Shown here piece after piece: positions 1-8,229 of a DNA stretch of 64,000 nucleotides. The notes under the pieces were generated by a model. It was not told where the DNA came from. It was given only the letters and a program-made list of their open reading frames with translations, and did no database searches. Numbering within the stretch: the first letter of the stretch is position 1; the number at the start of each line of letters is the position of its first letter. This DNA comes from Flavobacteriales bacterium. Its GTDB lineage: Bacteria; Bacteroidota; Bacteroidia; Flavobacteriales_F; PHOS-HE28. Location of the stretch: NCBI GenBank assembly GCA_044507815.1, contig JBIQIX010000004.1, positions 195,288 to 259,287 of the forward strand. Direction: 5' to 3'. A program made the position numbers and the translations under genes.

Positions 1-106
1 TGGAACCGGCCAGCAGCAACCGCGGCGGCTTCGAGTTCACCGCCATCCGCATATTCCGCAAGCGGCCGCCTGTGCCGGTACGCTACAAAGCCTGCCCCGA
101 CCAACT

Positions 107-2044
107 GTGATGCGGAACCGTAGTATCCATATCCGATTGCTCTTGGCCATGGTCACGGTGGCGGTATCCACGGTACAGGCCCAAAGCCCGGCGCAGTTCA
201 TCACTTGGGGAGACCGGGCAGCCGCACGGGGCGAATTCTACGGCGCTTCGCGGTACTACGGCGAAGCCCTGAAGGTGCAACCGGGCATTATGGCCACGCA
301 ATGGAAATATGCCGAGGCTTGCCGCCAAAGCAACCAATACGTGGAGGCTGCACTGTTTTATGATAAGGTGCAGCGCAAGGACCAAGGCCGCCAGCACCCC
401 GGAGCGTTGCGCTGGTTGGCGGAAATGCAAATGAGCTCCGGCAAGTATGATGAGGCCGCCCGCACCTGGGCCAAGGTGAAGCAAAAAGAGCGCGACAAAC
501 GATCCGTGGTGGCGCAACGTGCGGATAACGGGTTGGAAGGCTGCAACATGGCGGCCATGCCGGGATCGGACAGCTTGGTGCGCGTGGAGCACCTCCCCAT
601 GCCGGTGAACAGCTATGCCAGTGAATTTGCGGCCCGCATAGGACCCGACAGCGCTCTTTATTTCACCTCCTTGCGAGGGGAGGTGAACGATGATGGTGAG
701 GTGCAGGACACGTTGGGCTACCATGCGCGGATCTTCAAGGCCAATGAACACGATGGGAAGTGGTCCGCGCCCGTTGCACTACCCGGCAACGTGAACAACG
801 GCCGTGGCAACGCCAACGGCACGTGGTCCGCCGATCGCCGCTGGTTCTATTTCTCTCGGGAAGAGGCGCCGGGTGAATTCAGCATCCGTGCGCTCGACCT
901 GCACGGCGGCGATACGGCGCAAGTGGTGCTGCGCATACCGGGCCATACGGTCACGCAGCCCATGGCGGCCCTTTACAAGGGAAAGGAAATGCTGGTCTTC
1001 GCCAGCGACATGCCGGGCGGACAAGGCGGTATGGACATCTGGTGGGGCGTCCTGTCCGGTCCGCGGTTGATCGAACCGGAGCCATTGGGCCCCTTGGTGA
1101 ACACGCCCGGCAACGAGGTGACGCCCTACCTGGATGCTGCGCGCAGCGTGTTGTACTACAGCTCTGATTTTCTGCCCGGCCTGGGCGGGTACGACCTGTT
1201 CAGGAGCCAGCTGGGGGCGGAAGGTCCGGGACAACCCATCAACCTGGGGCGGCCTTTCAACAGCGGGGCCAATGATCTGTACCCCGCGGTGGACGAGGCT
1301 TCGGACAACGGCTGGTTCACCAGCAACCGCATGGGGTCGTTCGCCAGGAAAGGGGAGACCTGCTGCAACGACCTCTATCGCTTCAGCTACTCCAAAAGTG
1401 GGTCCACCGTGCCACCGCCCGCACCGGACACCGCCACCACAGCGACCGTGCAGGAGGTCCGCGAGAAGCGGATCACCTCGCTCCGCGAAAAACTCCCCAT
1501 CCGCCTATATTTCCACAACGACGAACCCGATCCGCGGAGTTGGGCCACCACCACCGGCCAGGATTATGCGGCCACCTTCCGCAGCTACGGCGCAAGAAGG
1601 GCCGAGTACGATTCAGCATGGCGGGCCGTGCCCGGTGGCGCGCGCGCCTTCGACGTTTTTTTCCGGGAACGGGTGGAACACGGTTTTGCCCAGCTCAACG
1701 ATTTCACCGCCCTGCTGAAACAGGCATTGGACGAGGGCCAGCAGATCACGCTGGTGATCCGTGGTTACGCCAGCCCCTTGGCAAAGAGCGATTACAACAA
1801 GAACCTCTCGTTGCGCCGGATCGCCTCGCTGGTGCACCACTTTGAGCGCACGCTTGATGGAGCGCTGCTTCCCTACCTGAACGGCACGGCGACGAATGGA
1901 GGACGACTGTCGATCGTGGAGAAGCCCTATGGAAAGAGCACCGCGGATGCCACGGTGAGTGACCGCTTGGATGACCTGCAGCACAGTGTGTACAGCGTGG
2001 CTGCGGCCCAGGAGCGGCGGATCGAGATCGAGCAGGTGGAGTGA
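107..2044 (+). CDS. OmpA-family outer-membrane-associated protein carrying TPR-like, PD40/TolB-like beta-propeller and C-terminal OmpA peptidoglycan-binding domains (PorE-like architecture)
   Basis: The N-terminus has a signal peptide (MMRNRSIHIRLLLAMVTVAVSTVQAQ). A TPR-like helical region is followed by repeated PD40-type motifs (ALYFTS, RRWFYFS, EMLVFASD, SVLYYSSD, NGWFTSNR). The C-terminus has an OmpA-like block (ITLVIRGYASPLAKSDYNKNLSLRRIASLV). The reading frame is also open upstream to the window edge, but the signal peptide supports the ATG at 107. Confidence 0.8.
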   Translation: MMRNRSIHIRLLLAMVTVAVSTVQAQSPAQFITWGDRAAARGEFYGASRYYGEALKVQPGIMATQWKYAEACRQSNQYVEAALFYDKVQRKDQGRQHPGALRWLAEMQMSSGKYDEAARTWAKVKQKERDKRSVVAQRADNGLEGCNMAAMPGSDSLVRVEHLPMPVNSYASEFAARIGPDSALYFTSLRGEVNDDGEVQDTLGYHARIFKANEHDGKWSAPVALPGNVNNGRGNANGTWSADRRWFYFSREEAPGEFSIRALDLHGGDTAQVVLRIPGHTVTQPMAALYKGKEMLVFASDMPGGQGGMDIWWGVLSGPRLIEPEPLGPLVNTPGNEVTPYLDAARSVLYYSSDFLPGLGGYDLFRSQLGAEGPGQPINLGRPFNSGANDLYPAVDEASDNGWFTSNRMGSFARKGETCCNDLYRFSYSKSGSTVPPPAPDTATTATVQEVREKRITSLREKLPIRLYFHNDEPDPRSWATTTGQDYAATFRSYGARRAEYDSAWRAVPGGARAFDVFFRERVEHGFAQLNDFTALLKQALDEGQQITLVIRGYASPLAKSDYNKNLSLRRIASLVHHFERTLDGALLPYLNGTATNGGRLSIVEKPYGKSTADATVSDRLDDLQHSVYSVAAAQERRIEIEQVE

Positions 2045-2083
2045 GTGTTCGCTTCTTCCGGAAGGATCACCATCAAGAAAAAA

Positions 2084-2111
2084 GCCCCTTGGCCAAGGCC
2101 AAAGGGCTTTT
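2084..2111. terminator. Putative bidirectional intrinsic terminator between convergent genes
   Basis: A GC-rich hairpin (gccccttggcc / ggccaaagggc) is flanked by an A6 run upstream and a T4 run downstream. It lies between the stop of the OmpA gene (2044) and the stop of the minus-strand DUF1573 gene (2130). Confidence 0.45.
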
Positions 2112-2129
2112 CGCGCGCGATGACAGGGA

Positions 2130-2717
2130 TCACATTCCTTTCTGCACGTCCGCAAGAATGTGGAGCACCGTTTGTGCCGGCTCGGTATTGGCGGTCACTG
2201 TTACGGTCTTGTTCTGTTGCCCTTCCTGCTTCCCGGGGCGGTATTCCACACGGATCTCGCCCTGTTCGCCCGGTTTCACCGGTTGCTTGGTATAGTCGGG
2301 CACGGTGCAACCGCAGGATGCTTGTGCGTTGGTGATCAGCAACGGCTCTTTGCCGGTGTTGGTGAATTTGAACACGTAATGGTTATCGCTGTCCTGCATG
2401 ATCTTCCCGAAGTTGTGGGAAGGCGAGTCGAACTTGACCGTGGTTGTGGGGCCTGTGGGTTGTGCGGGCGCGGCAGGCGGGGTCAACGGATCGAATGTGC
2501 TTTGCGGCGCGGGTGTTACCGGCGGTGTGGCAGTGGCCTTGCTGGTGGTGGGCAGCGGTGCGAATGTGGCCGGTGTGGACGCTTGGTCGCGGCCGCTGGC
2601 CGCAATGAAAATGACACCCACGGCGATCACCGCCAACAGTGCGATCTTAATGTTCTCCTTCATGGTGTGGAATGGTATGGAAGCCGCGAAAATAACGTGG
2701 TGGCAGGCCTCCGGCAA
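2130..2717 (-). CDS. DUF1573-domain protein (Bacteroidota-typical secreted or membrane-anchored protein)
   Basis: An N-terminal hydrophobic segment and a Pro/Thr-rich linker precede a conserved C-terminal block (FDSPSHNFGKI…YVFKFTNTGKEPLLI…CGCT) characteristic of DUF1573. Confidence 0.7.
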   Translation of the reverse strand: MPEACHHVIFAASIPFHTMKENIKIALLAVIAVGVIFIAASGRDQASTPATFAPLPTTSKATATPPVTPAPQSTFDPLTPPAAPAQPTGPTTTVKFDSPSHNFGKIMQDSDNHYVFKFTNTGKEPLLITNAQASCGCTVPDYTKQPVKPGEQGEIRVEYRPGKQEGQQNKTVTVTANTEPAQTVLHILADVQKGM

Positions 2718-2759
2718 GGCACTCGTGCCGCTTAACAGGTATTTAGATCAACCGTCGGT

Positions 2760-4346
2760 TCACCGCTCCGCCAATTTGTTGCGCTGCAACTCAGGGTCGG
2801 TAATGATGCGCAGCGCCTCGGCGAAGCTGCGGTCAACGGGGTTGTTGTCGTTCACCACCTGCCAGTAGGCCGTGGTATTCCAAAGGTCGCGCGCGATCAG
2901 CGCCTTCAGCCGAAGATCCACCAAGGGCCTGCTGCGTTCCATGCCCGTGCTGTCCAATTTGATCTTGGCCTCTTCGGCCAGCTTCAGCAGTTCGCCCTGC
3001 AGTTCGTCATCCACGGTGAATTCCTTGCGGTAGGTGTCCACATCCTTGTAGCGCTTGCGCAGTTCGGCACGGTGCCGGTCCACGTAGTTGATGGCCGCGG
3101 TGTTGGTGATGCCCTTGCGCACCAGTTGCCCGAACCATGCCGAGCTGAGCGAGGTATCGATGGGCACGAACACGTCGGGCATGATGCCGCCGCCGCCGTA
3201 CACCACGCGTTTGTTGTTGGTGAAGTACCGCACCGTGTCGGCGAAGTGGATGCTGTCCGCATTGGTCAATTCACCTTCCTTCAAGCGGTCGAGCCGTTCG
3301 TGCCGGTACGCTTCAACGCCGTTGGCGTAGGATTTTTGGATGCAGCGCCCGCTGGGGGTGTAGTAGCGCGAAACTGTGAGGCGCACAGCCGAACCGTCGG
3401 GCAGCATAACGGGGCGCTGCACCAGACCCTTGCCGAAGGAACGCCGGCCCACCACAACGCCACGGTCCCAGTCCTGCACGGCCCCGGTAACGATCTCGCT
3501 GGCGCTGGCGCTGCCCTCGTCGATCATCACCACCAACCGGCCCTTTTCGAATTTCCCACCTTTTGTGGCATAGGTGTTCTCACGGGGGGTGGTGCGGCCA
3601 TCGGTGTACACGATCATTTTGCGGTCGGCCAGGAATTCATCGGCCATTTCTATGGCCGATCGCAGGTAGCCACCACCATTGCCCTGCAGGTCCAGCATCA
3701 GGTCCTTCATGCCCTGCTTGCGCAGTTCCTCGATCTTTTCGGAGAATTCCTTTCCCGTGGTGGCCCCGAAACGGCTCACTTTGATGTAGCCCACGCCGGG
3801 AGCGGCCATGTATGCGGCCTCCACGCTATTGATGGGGATCTTGTCGCGGGTAATGGAGAAATCGAGCAGTGCCTTTTCGCCGTGGCGAAGAATGCCCACC
3901 GATACGTGCGTTCCTTTCGGGCCGCGCAGCAGCTTCATGACATCCGCGTTCTTGATCCCCGTGCCGGCCACGGTCTCCTTGCCCACCGTGATCACCCGGT
4001 CGCCGGCGCGGATACCCACGCGCTCACTCGGCCCGCCTGCAATGGCATCGACAACATAAATGGTATCGCGAACAATGTTGAACTGAATGCCCACGCCCTC
4101 GAAATTGCCCTTCAACGGCTCGTTCACTTCCTCCAGGTCTTCCTTGGGGATGTAAACACTGTGCGGGTCCAGCTCGGCCAGCATGCTCACGATGGCCTTC
4201 TCCACTAGTTTCTTGTCATCCACGCTGTCCACGTACATATTGTCGATCTGGTACAGCAGGGCCTGCAACTTGGTGGCGGCCGCGCTGGGCTGGGCGAAGG
4301 AAGGAGAGGCCGCGAGTACGGCCAGGGCAAGGAATAGCTTTTTCAT
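2760..4346 (-). CDS. C-terminal processing (tail-specific) peptidase, S41 family
   Basis: A signal peptide (MKKLFLALAVLAASPSFAQ) is followed by a PDZ-like region and an S41 catalytic core with LDLQGNGGGYL and a later conserved SASASEI segment. Confidence 0.85.
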   Translation of the reverse strand: MKKLFLALAVLAASPSFAQPSAAATKLQALLYQIDNMYVDSVDDKKLVEKAIVSMLAELDPHSVYIPKEDLEEVNEPLKGNFEGVGIQFNIVRDTIYVVDAIAGGPSERVGIRAGDRVITVGKETVAGTGIKNADVMKLLRGPKGTHVSVGILRHGEKALLDFSITRDKIPINSVEAAYMAAPGVGYIKVSRFGATTGKEFSEKIEELRKQGMKDLMLDLQGNGGGYLRSAIEMADEFLADRKMIVYTDGRTTPRENTYATKGGKFEKGRLVVMIDEGSASASEIVTGAVQDWDRGVVVGRRSFGKGLVQRPVMLPDGSAVRLTVSRYYTPSGRCIQKSYANGVEAYRHERLDRLKEGELTNADSIHFADTVRYFTNNKRVVYGGGGIMPDVFVPIDTSLSSAWFGQLVRKGITNTAAINYVDRHRAELRKRYKDVDTYRKEFTVDDELQGELLKLAEEAKIKLDSTGMERSRPLVDLRLKALIARDLWNTTAYWQVVNDNNPVDRSFAEALRIITDPELQRNKLAER

Positions 4347-4484
4347 GAAGTGGAGCCCAAGGCTGGTGCGATGAAGTGCCGTGGCACGGCCAAGGAAGCA
4401 CGAATTTAACGGATGCAGGCACCACCGGGTTGTGCGTGCGGTTAAGCGGTGTTAAACCACCAGGGCCGGTTATTCAGTGGTTCC

Positions 4485-4907
4485 TTAGCGTTCACGCTGT
4501 GCGATCTTGTCGGTGACGGTTTGAAGGATCTCGCGCAGATCGGCCAGCGACATGGGTTTGCATACGTGCCTATCGAACCCGGACAGGGCGGTCTGGACCA
4601 GGTCCGAAGGTTCATCGCGTCCGGTCACGGCCACCACGAAGCTATCGGCGCCCCAATCACTGGCGCGCATTTCCTTGCAAACATCGAATCCGGTGAGGTC
4701 GGGCAGGCCCAGGTCGAGCAACACCACTTGCGGCTTGAATACCGGCCCTTTCGCCAACGCTTCGCGCGCCAAGTGCGCCACCTGAACGGTATGGCCGAGG
4801 TGGCGCAGCAGCAATTCAAGGCCGAGTGCAACATCGGGGCGGTCCTCCACCACCATGGCACGCAGGGGCTGGGGGGTCGGATGGCTCAGGGAGGCGGGCT
4901 GGGTCAT
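4485..4907 (-). CDS. Single-domain response regulator (REC/CheY-like, no output domain)
   Basis: Receiver-domain motifs are present (VVLLDLGLPDLTGFDVCKEMR, then VVAVTGRDEP and a conserved K in the HVCKP segment). The start is ambiguous: ATG at 4907, or ATG at 4856 which would begin MVVEDRPD. Confidence 0.6.
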   Translation of the reverse strand: MTQPASLSHPTPQPLRAMVVEDRPDVALGLELLLRHLGHTVQVAHLAREALAKGPVFKPQVVLLDLGLPDLTGFDVCKEMRASDWGADSFVVAVTGRDEPSDLVQTALSGFDRHVCKPMSLADLREILQTVTDKIAQRER

Positions 4908-5207
4908 TCGCGCGGTATTGCAGTGCGAGTGATCAAGGGCCGTGCCAAGACGCATGCCCGTTCAAACTGCGCACCGCATGGGGCAATATCCCTCCACATG
5001 TGGACTTCCTCCACACTTTTTTGTTGCCCGTGCCACACTCAGCAATGCCCCAGCAGGGTGTACACGAGAATGAAGATCAATACAGTGCCCAAGCAACCAC
5101 CGCCCCATTTGTAAGCGGCGGCACCAGCCAAGATCCCACGGAATAATTTGTTCATGTGTGAACGGGTTGTTTCCATGGGGAACAGCCCATTCAGTTCCAT
5201 GGTTCGG

Positions 5208-5729
5208 TCACCTGCCGAAAAGGAATGTGCGACCCGGAAGCAGTTCTCCCTTGCGCCATTTTTCCTTGCGCACCACCCGGTCGTTTTCATAGAATTTCCA
5301 ACTGCCGTGCTTTTTGCCATCCTTGTAATGGCCCACGATCCCTTGATCGCGGAAGGCCCAGGTACCCTCGCGTTTGCCCATGCGGAATTGTCCTTTCACG
5401 GTGATCCGGCCTGTTGGGTCATACTCCACCCAGTCGCCGTGCAGGCTGCCCCAGCCGTAAACCGCGAAAATGAGCTGTTTGCCATCGGGGTAAAATGCGC
5501 GGTAGATGCCACTGGGCTTGCCACGCTTGAAATCGATCTGCACGGCGGTGCGCGTGGTATCGAAGGCGTATTTGCCGATCAGCCGGAAGCGCTCTTCACG
5601 CGGCATGGGCCCATATTCCACGGGGTAGGCCACGGAAACGCCATTCTCGGGCACATAAAGCGTGTCGGGTTGGGCGAGGACAAGGTGGGTGCCAAGGCAG
5701 CACAGGCAGAACAGCAAATTTCGCAACAT
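5208..5729 (-). CDS. MORN-repeat protein (YwqK-like repeat family)
   Basis: A signal-like N-terminus (MLRNLLFCLCCLGTHLVLAQ) is followed by repeated G-x-W-x-x-Y/F-x-x-G MORN-type motifs (GDWVEYDPTGRI, GTWAFRDQGIVGHYKDGKKHGSWKFYEND). The start ATG at 5727–5729 overlaps the pbpC stop as ATGA. Confidence 0.65.
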   Translation of the reverse strand: MLRNLLFCLCCLGTHLVLAQPDTLYVPENGVSVAYPVEYGPMPREERFRLIGKYAFDTTRTAVQIDFKRGKPSGIYRAFYPDGKQLIFAVYGWGSLHGDWVEYDPTGRITVKGQFRMGKREGTWAFRDQGIVGHYKDGKKHGSWKFYENDRVVRKEKWRKGELLPGRTFLFGR

Positions 5730-8134
5730 CACGGGTTGGATCTGCCCTGGCCACCAACCACCGTAAAGGTGCGGTGCAGCCTGTGGCCACGGGCATCGGT
5801 CAAAGTTATGCGGTGGGTTCCGTCGGCCGGTGAGAGCGCCATGCGGTGATCGCCCGTGGTGCTGCCGAAGTATTCCCCGTCGAGGTCCCAGAACAGCGTG
5901 GCCCCACCATCGCGGTGTGCCACTTCCACCACCATGTTCCCCCGGCTGCCATCCAGCTGCATGGGAATCAGGATCTTGGAACCCGCTTCGGGATAAAGGA
6001 TTTCCATGGGTGCGTCGTTGTCTTGCGTTCCCTCTTTCCACGGCGGAAGGGGTGCATAAGCTGGGTTCCGCTTGGCGTAATAATGTTCCATGGCGGGTGG
6101 CAATACGAACCACACGCTGGGGCGGCCGCTGCCATTGCCGGTGCGGTACATGCCGGACGGATCGAGCGTTATGCGCCGGTGGTAGGGGCAAACGGGGGAG
6201 CGCATGGCTTGTGGCGGCACCCAGAGCGTATCCGGCGCCGGGCAATCGGCACCTGCACGGTGGCCACTGGCGCGGCAGATCTGCGCGCGCACCATTTCGT
6301 CATAGGGCGGTTCCACCGGCGGGTCCTTGGGCAACAGGTTGAACAGGTCGAAAAGCAACGGTGCGGCAGCCAAGGTGCCGGTCAACCCCGGCCTTCCTTC
6401 GCCGGAGGCGTTGCCGGTCCACACGGCGACGCAATGGCGCGAGGTAAGGCCTATGGCCCAAGCATCGCGGTGCCCGTAGCTGGTGCCGGTCTTCCAGGCG
6501 ATCTGCCTGCCTCCGCTGAAGTGGTTCCAACCCTGTTCATCTGCGGGCCTGGCCACATTGCGCAGGGCTTTCAGGGTGAAGTAGATCGAACTTGCGCTCA
6601 ATGCGGGCGCAGTTTCCAAGGGCACCGCACCGGCATCGGAAGATCCCGGGGATGACAGCACGTGGGGCGGCCGGATGTCGCCTTGGCGGTATGCCATGCC
6701 CAAGCGGCCATAGTGGTTCAATACCCGCCCCATGCTGGCATAGGCGCCGGCCAATTCCCACAGGGTCGATTCCGCGCCGCCCACCACAAGTGACAGGCCG
6801 TAATCGTCGGCACCGCGATTTATGCTGGCCAGCCCGTACGCACGCAGCATCAGCAGGGTGCGCTCCAAGCCGTGGCTGCGCAAGGCGCGCACCATGGGCA
6901 CGTTCAACGAGCGCGACAGGGCCTCCGAGGCCGGTACGGCGCCGCTGTATTGTTCATCATAATTGCGCGGCGAAAATTCATTGTACCGTGTGGGCACATC
7001 GGCCAGCAGCATATCGGGTGCCAGCTCACCGCTCTGCAGCATGTCCGCGTACAAGAAAGGCTTCAATGTGCTGCCCGTGCTTCTTTTGGCCTGCACCAGG
7101 TCCACGCTTCCGGCATGGGTGCCGCCGGCCTGGCCAAGGTTGCCCACGTAGGCCAGCACCTGTCCGGAGTTGACATCCATGATCAGTGCGGCGGCATTGT
7201 GCACCTCATTGGCCGCCAGGCGTGCAGCATAGCGGTCGGCGGCGATGGTGGCGCGGCGCTGGAGGCCGCCGTGCAACGTGGTGCGCACGAGCTTGCCGCG
7301 GTGCCCGGTGGCAGCCAAGGTGGCCAACAGGTGCGGCGCATCGCGGGGGAGTTCCTGTGCCTTTCCCGGCAGCGGCTCCTCCTTGGCCAACGACCATTCC
7401 AGGGTGTCGATCGCATGCACGGCCAACAGGCGGTCCAACAGACGGTCGCGCTTGGTGCGCAGGGCCTCATGGCCTTTGCCGGGGTAGATGGCCGAAGGCG
7501 CGTTGGGCAGGACGGCCAAGGTGGCGCATTCGCTCCAGCCCAGGCTGCTGGCCGGGCGGTGGAAATAGCGCCATGCGGCGGCGTCAACGCCCACCACGTT
7601 GCCGCCGAAAGGGGCGTGCGCGGCAAAGAGCCGGAGAATTTCCTCTTTGTTGAACCGCAGTTCCAGCCGTAGCGCCAGCAGTGCCTCGCGGAGCTTTTCA
7701 CCATAGGTGCGGAGCCGGTTGCCCCGGGCCATGCGCGCCAATTGCATGGTGAGGGTGCTGCCGCCGCTTATTACCCGGCCGGCCTTCCGGTTCTGCAGCC
7801 ACGCCCGCACCAGCGCGCCGGGGCTGATGCCCCAATGCCGCCGAAAGCCGCGGTCCTCGAACTGCACCAGGCATACCGTGAAGCGGGCGGGTACTGCTTC
7901 CGGTGGCGGAAACCGCCATTGGCCATCGGTGGCCACGGTGGCCCCCAGCAACTGCCCGTCCCGGTCCATCAATACCGTGGATGTGGGCGCGGGGAAAAGC
8001 GGGGGCATGGGCCACCAACGCGCCCAGGCCAAAAGGGCCAGCAGTAAGGCGGCTGCCAGCCACCAGCGCCAACGGCGCCACCGGCGCCAATGAAACGCAG
8101 GCAAAAAGGGGGTGCTGCGCAACAGCGGGGCCAT
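5729..8134 (-). CDS. pbpC: Penicillin-binding protein 1C (bifunctional transglycosylase/transpeptidase)
   Basis: GT51 transglycosylase motifs EDRGFRRH and GGSTLTMQLAR are present. The transpeptidase domain has STLKP (SxxK) and KTGT. The C-terminus is PbpC-like. The start was chosen at MAPLLRS (8134) because of the following membrane anchor. Confidence 0.85.
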   Translation of the reverse strand: MAPLLRSTPFLPAFHWRRWRRWRWWLAAALLLALLAWARWWPMPPLFPAPTSTVLMDRDGQLLGATVATDGQWRFPPPEAVPARFTVCLVQFEDRGFRRHWGISPGALVRAWLQNRKAGRVISGGSTLTMQLARMARGNRLRTYGEKLREALLALRLELRFNKEEILRLFAAHAPFGGNVVGVDAAAWRYFHRPASSLGWSECATLAVLPNAPSAIYPGKGHEALRTKRDRLLDRLLAVHAIDTLEWSLAKEEPLPGKAQELPRDAPHLLATLAATGHRGKLVRTTLHGGLQRRATIAADRYAARLAANEVHNAAALIMDVNSGQVLAYVGNLGQAGGTHAGSVDLVQAKRSTGSTLKPFLYADMLQSGELAPDMLLADVPTRYNEFSPRNYDEQYSGAVPASEALSRSLNVPMVRALRSHGLERTLLMLRAYGLASINRGADDYGLSLVVGGAESTLWELAGAYASMGRVLNHYGRLGMAYRQGDIRPPHVLSSPGSSDAGAVPLETAPALSASSIYFTLKALRNVARPADEQGWNHFSGGRQIAWKTGTSYGHRDAWAIGLTSRHCVAVWTGNASGEGRPGLTGTLAAAPLLFDLFNLLPKDPPVEPPYDEMVRAQICRASGHRAGADCPAPDTLWVPPQAMRSPVCPYHRRITLDPSGMYRTGNGSGRPSVWFVLPPAMEHYYAKRNPAYAPLPPWKEGTQDNDAPMEILYPEAGSKILIPMQLDGSRGNMVVEVAHRDGGATLFWDLDGEYFGSTTGDHRMALSPADGTHRITLTDARGHRLHRTFTVVGGQGRSNP

Positions 8135-8229
8135 GGCACAAAGATGGAACGGTGGCCACAGCGCTGCGCGGTCCTTCCGGTGCACCCCAGGGCCTAATTT
8201 TGGCCGGATCTCCAACTCCCCGCTATACC

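Noticed and set aside
83-751. A 222-aa minus-strand ORF, plus many other long ORFs (for example 3072–4208 on the plus strand, 46628–48376 on the plus strand, 5846–6655 and 14256–15359) that lie antisense to clearly assigned genes
   Set aside because: They have high-GC, stop-codon-poor frames and Arg/Ala/Gly/Pro-rich low-complexity translations. Each overlaps a gene with strong motif support on the other strand, so they are treated as non-coding artefacts.
7903-8229. An upstream extension of the protease ORF starting at 7903
   Set aside because: It overlaps pbpC on the opposite strand and its translation is low-complexity. The signal peptide begins at the internal ATG at 8230.
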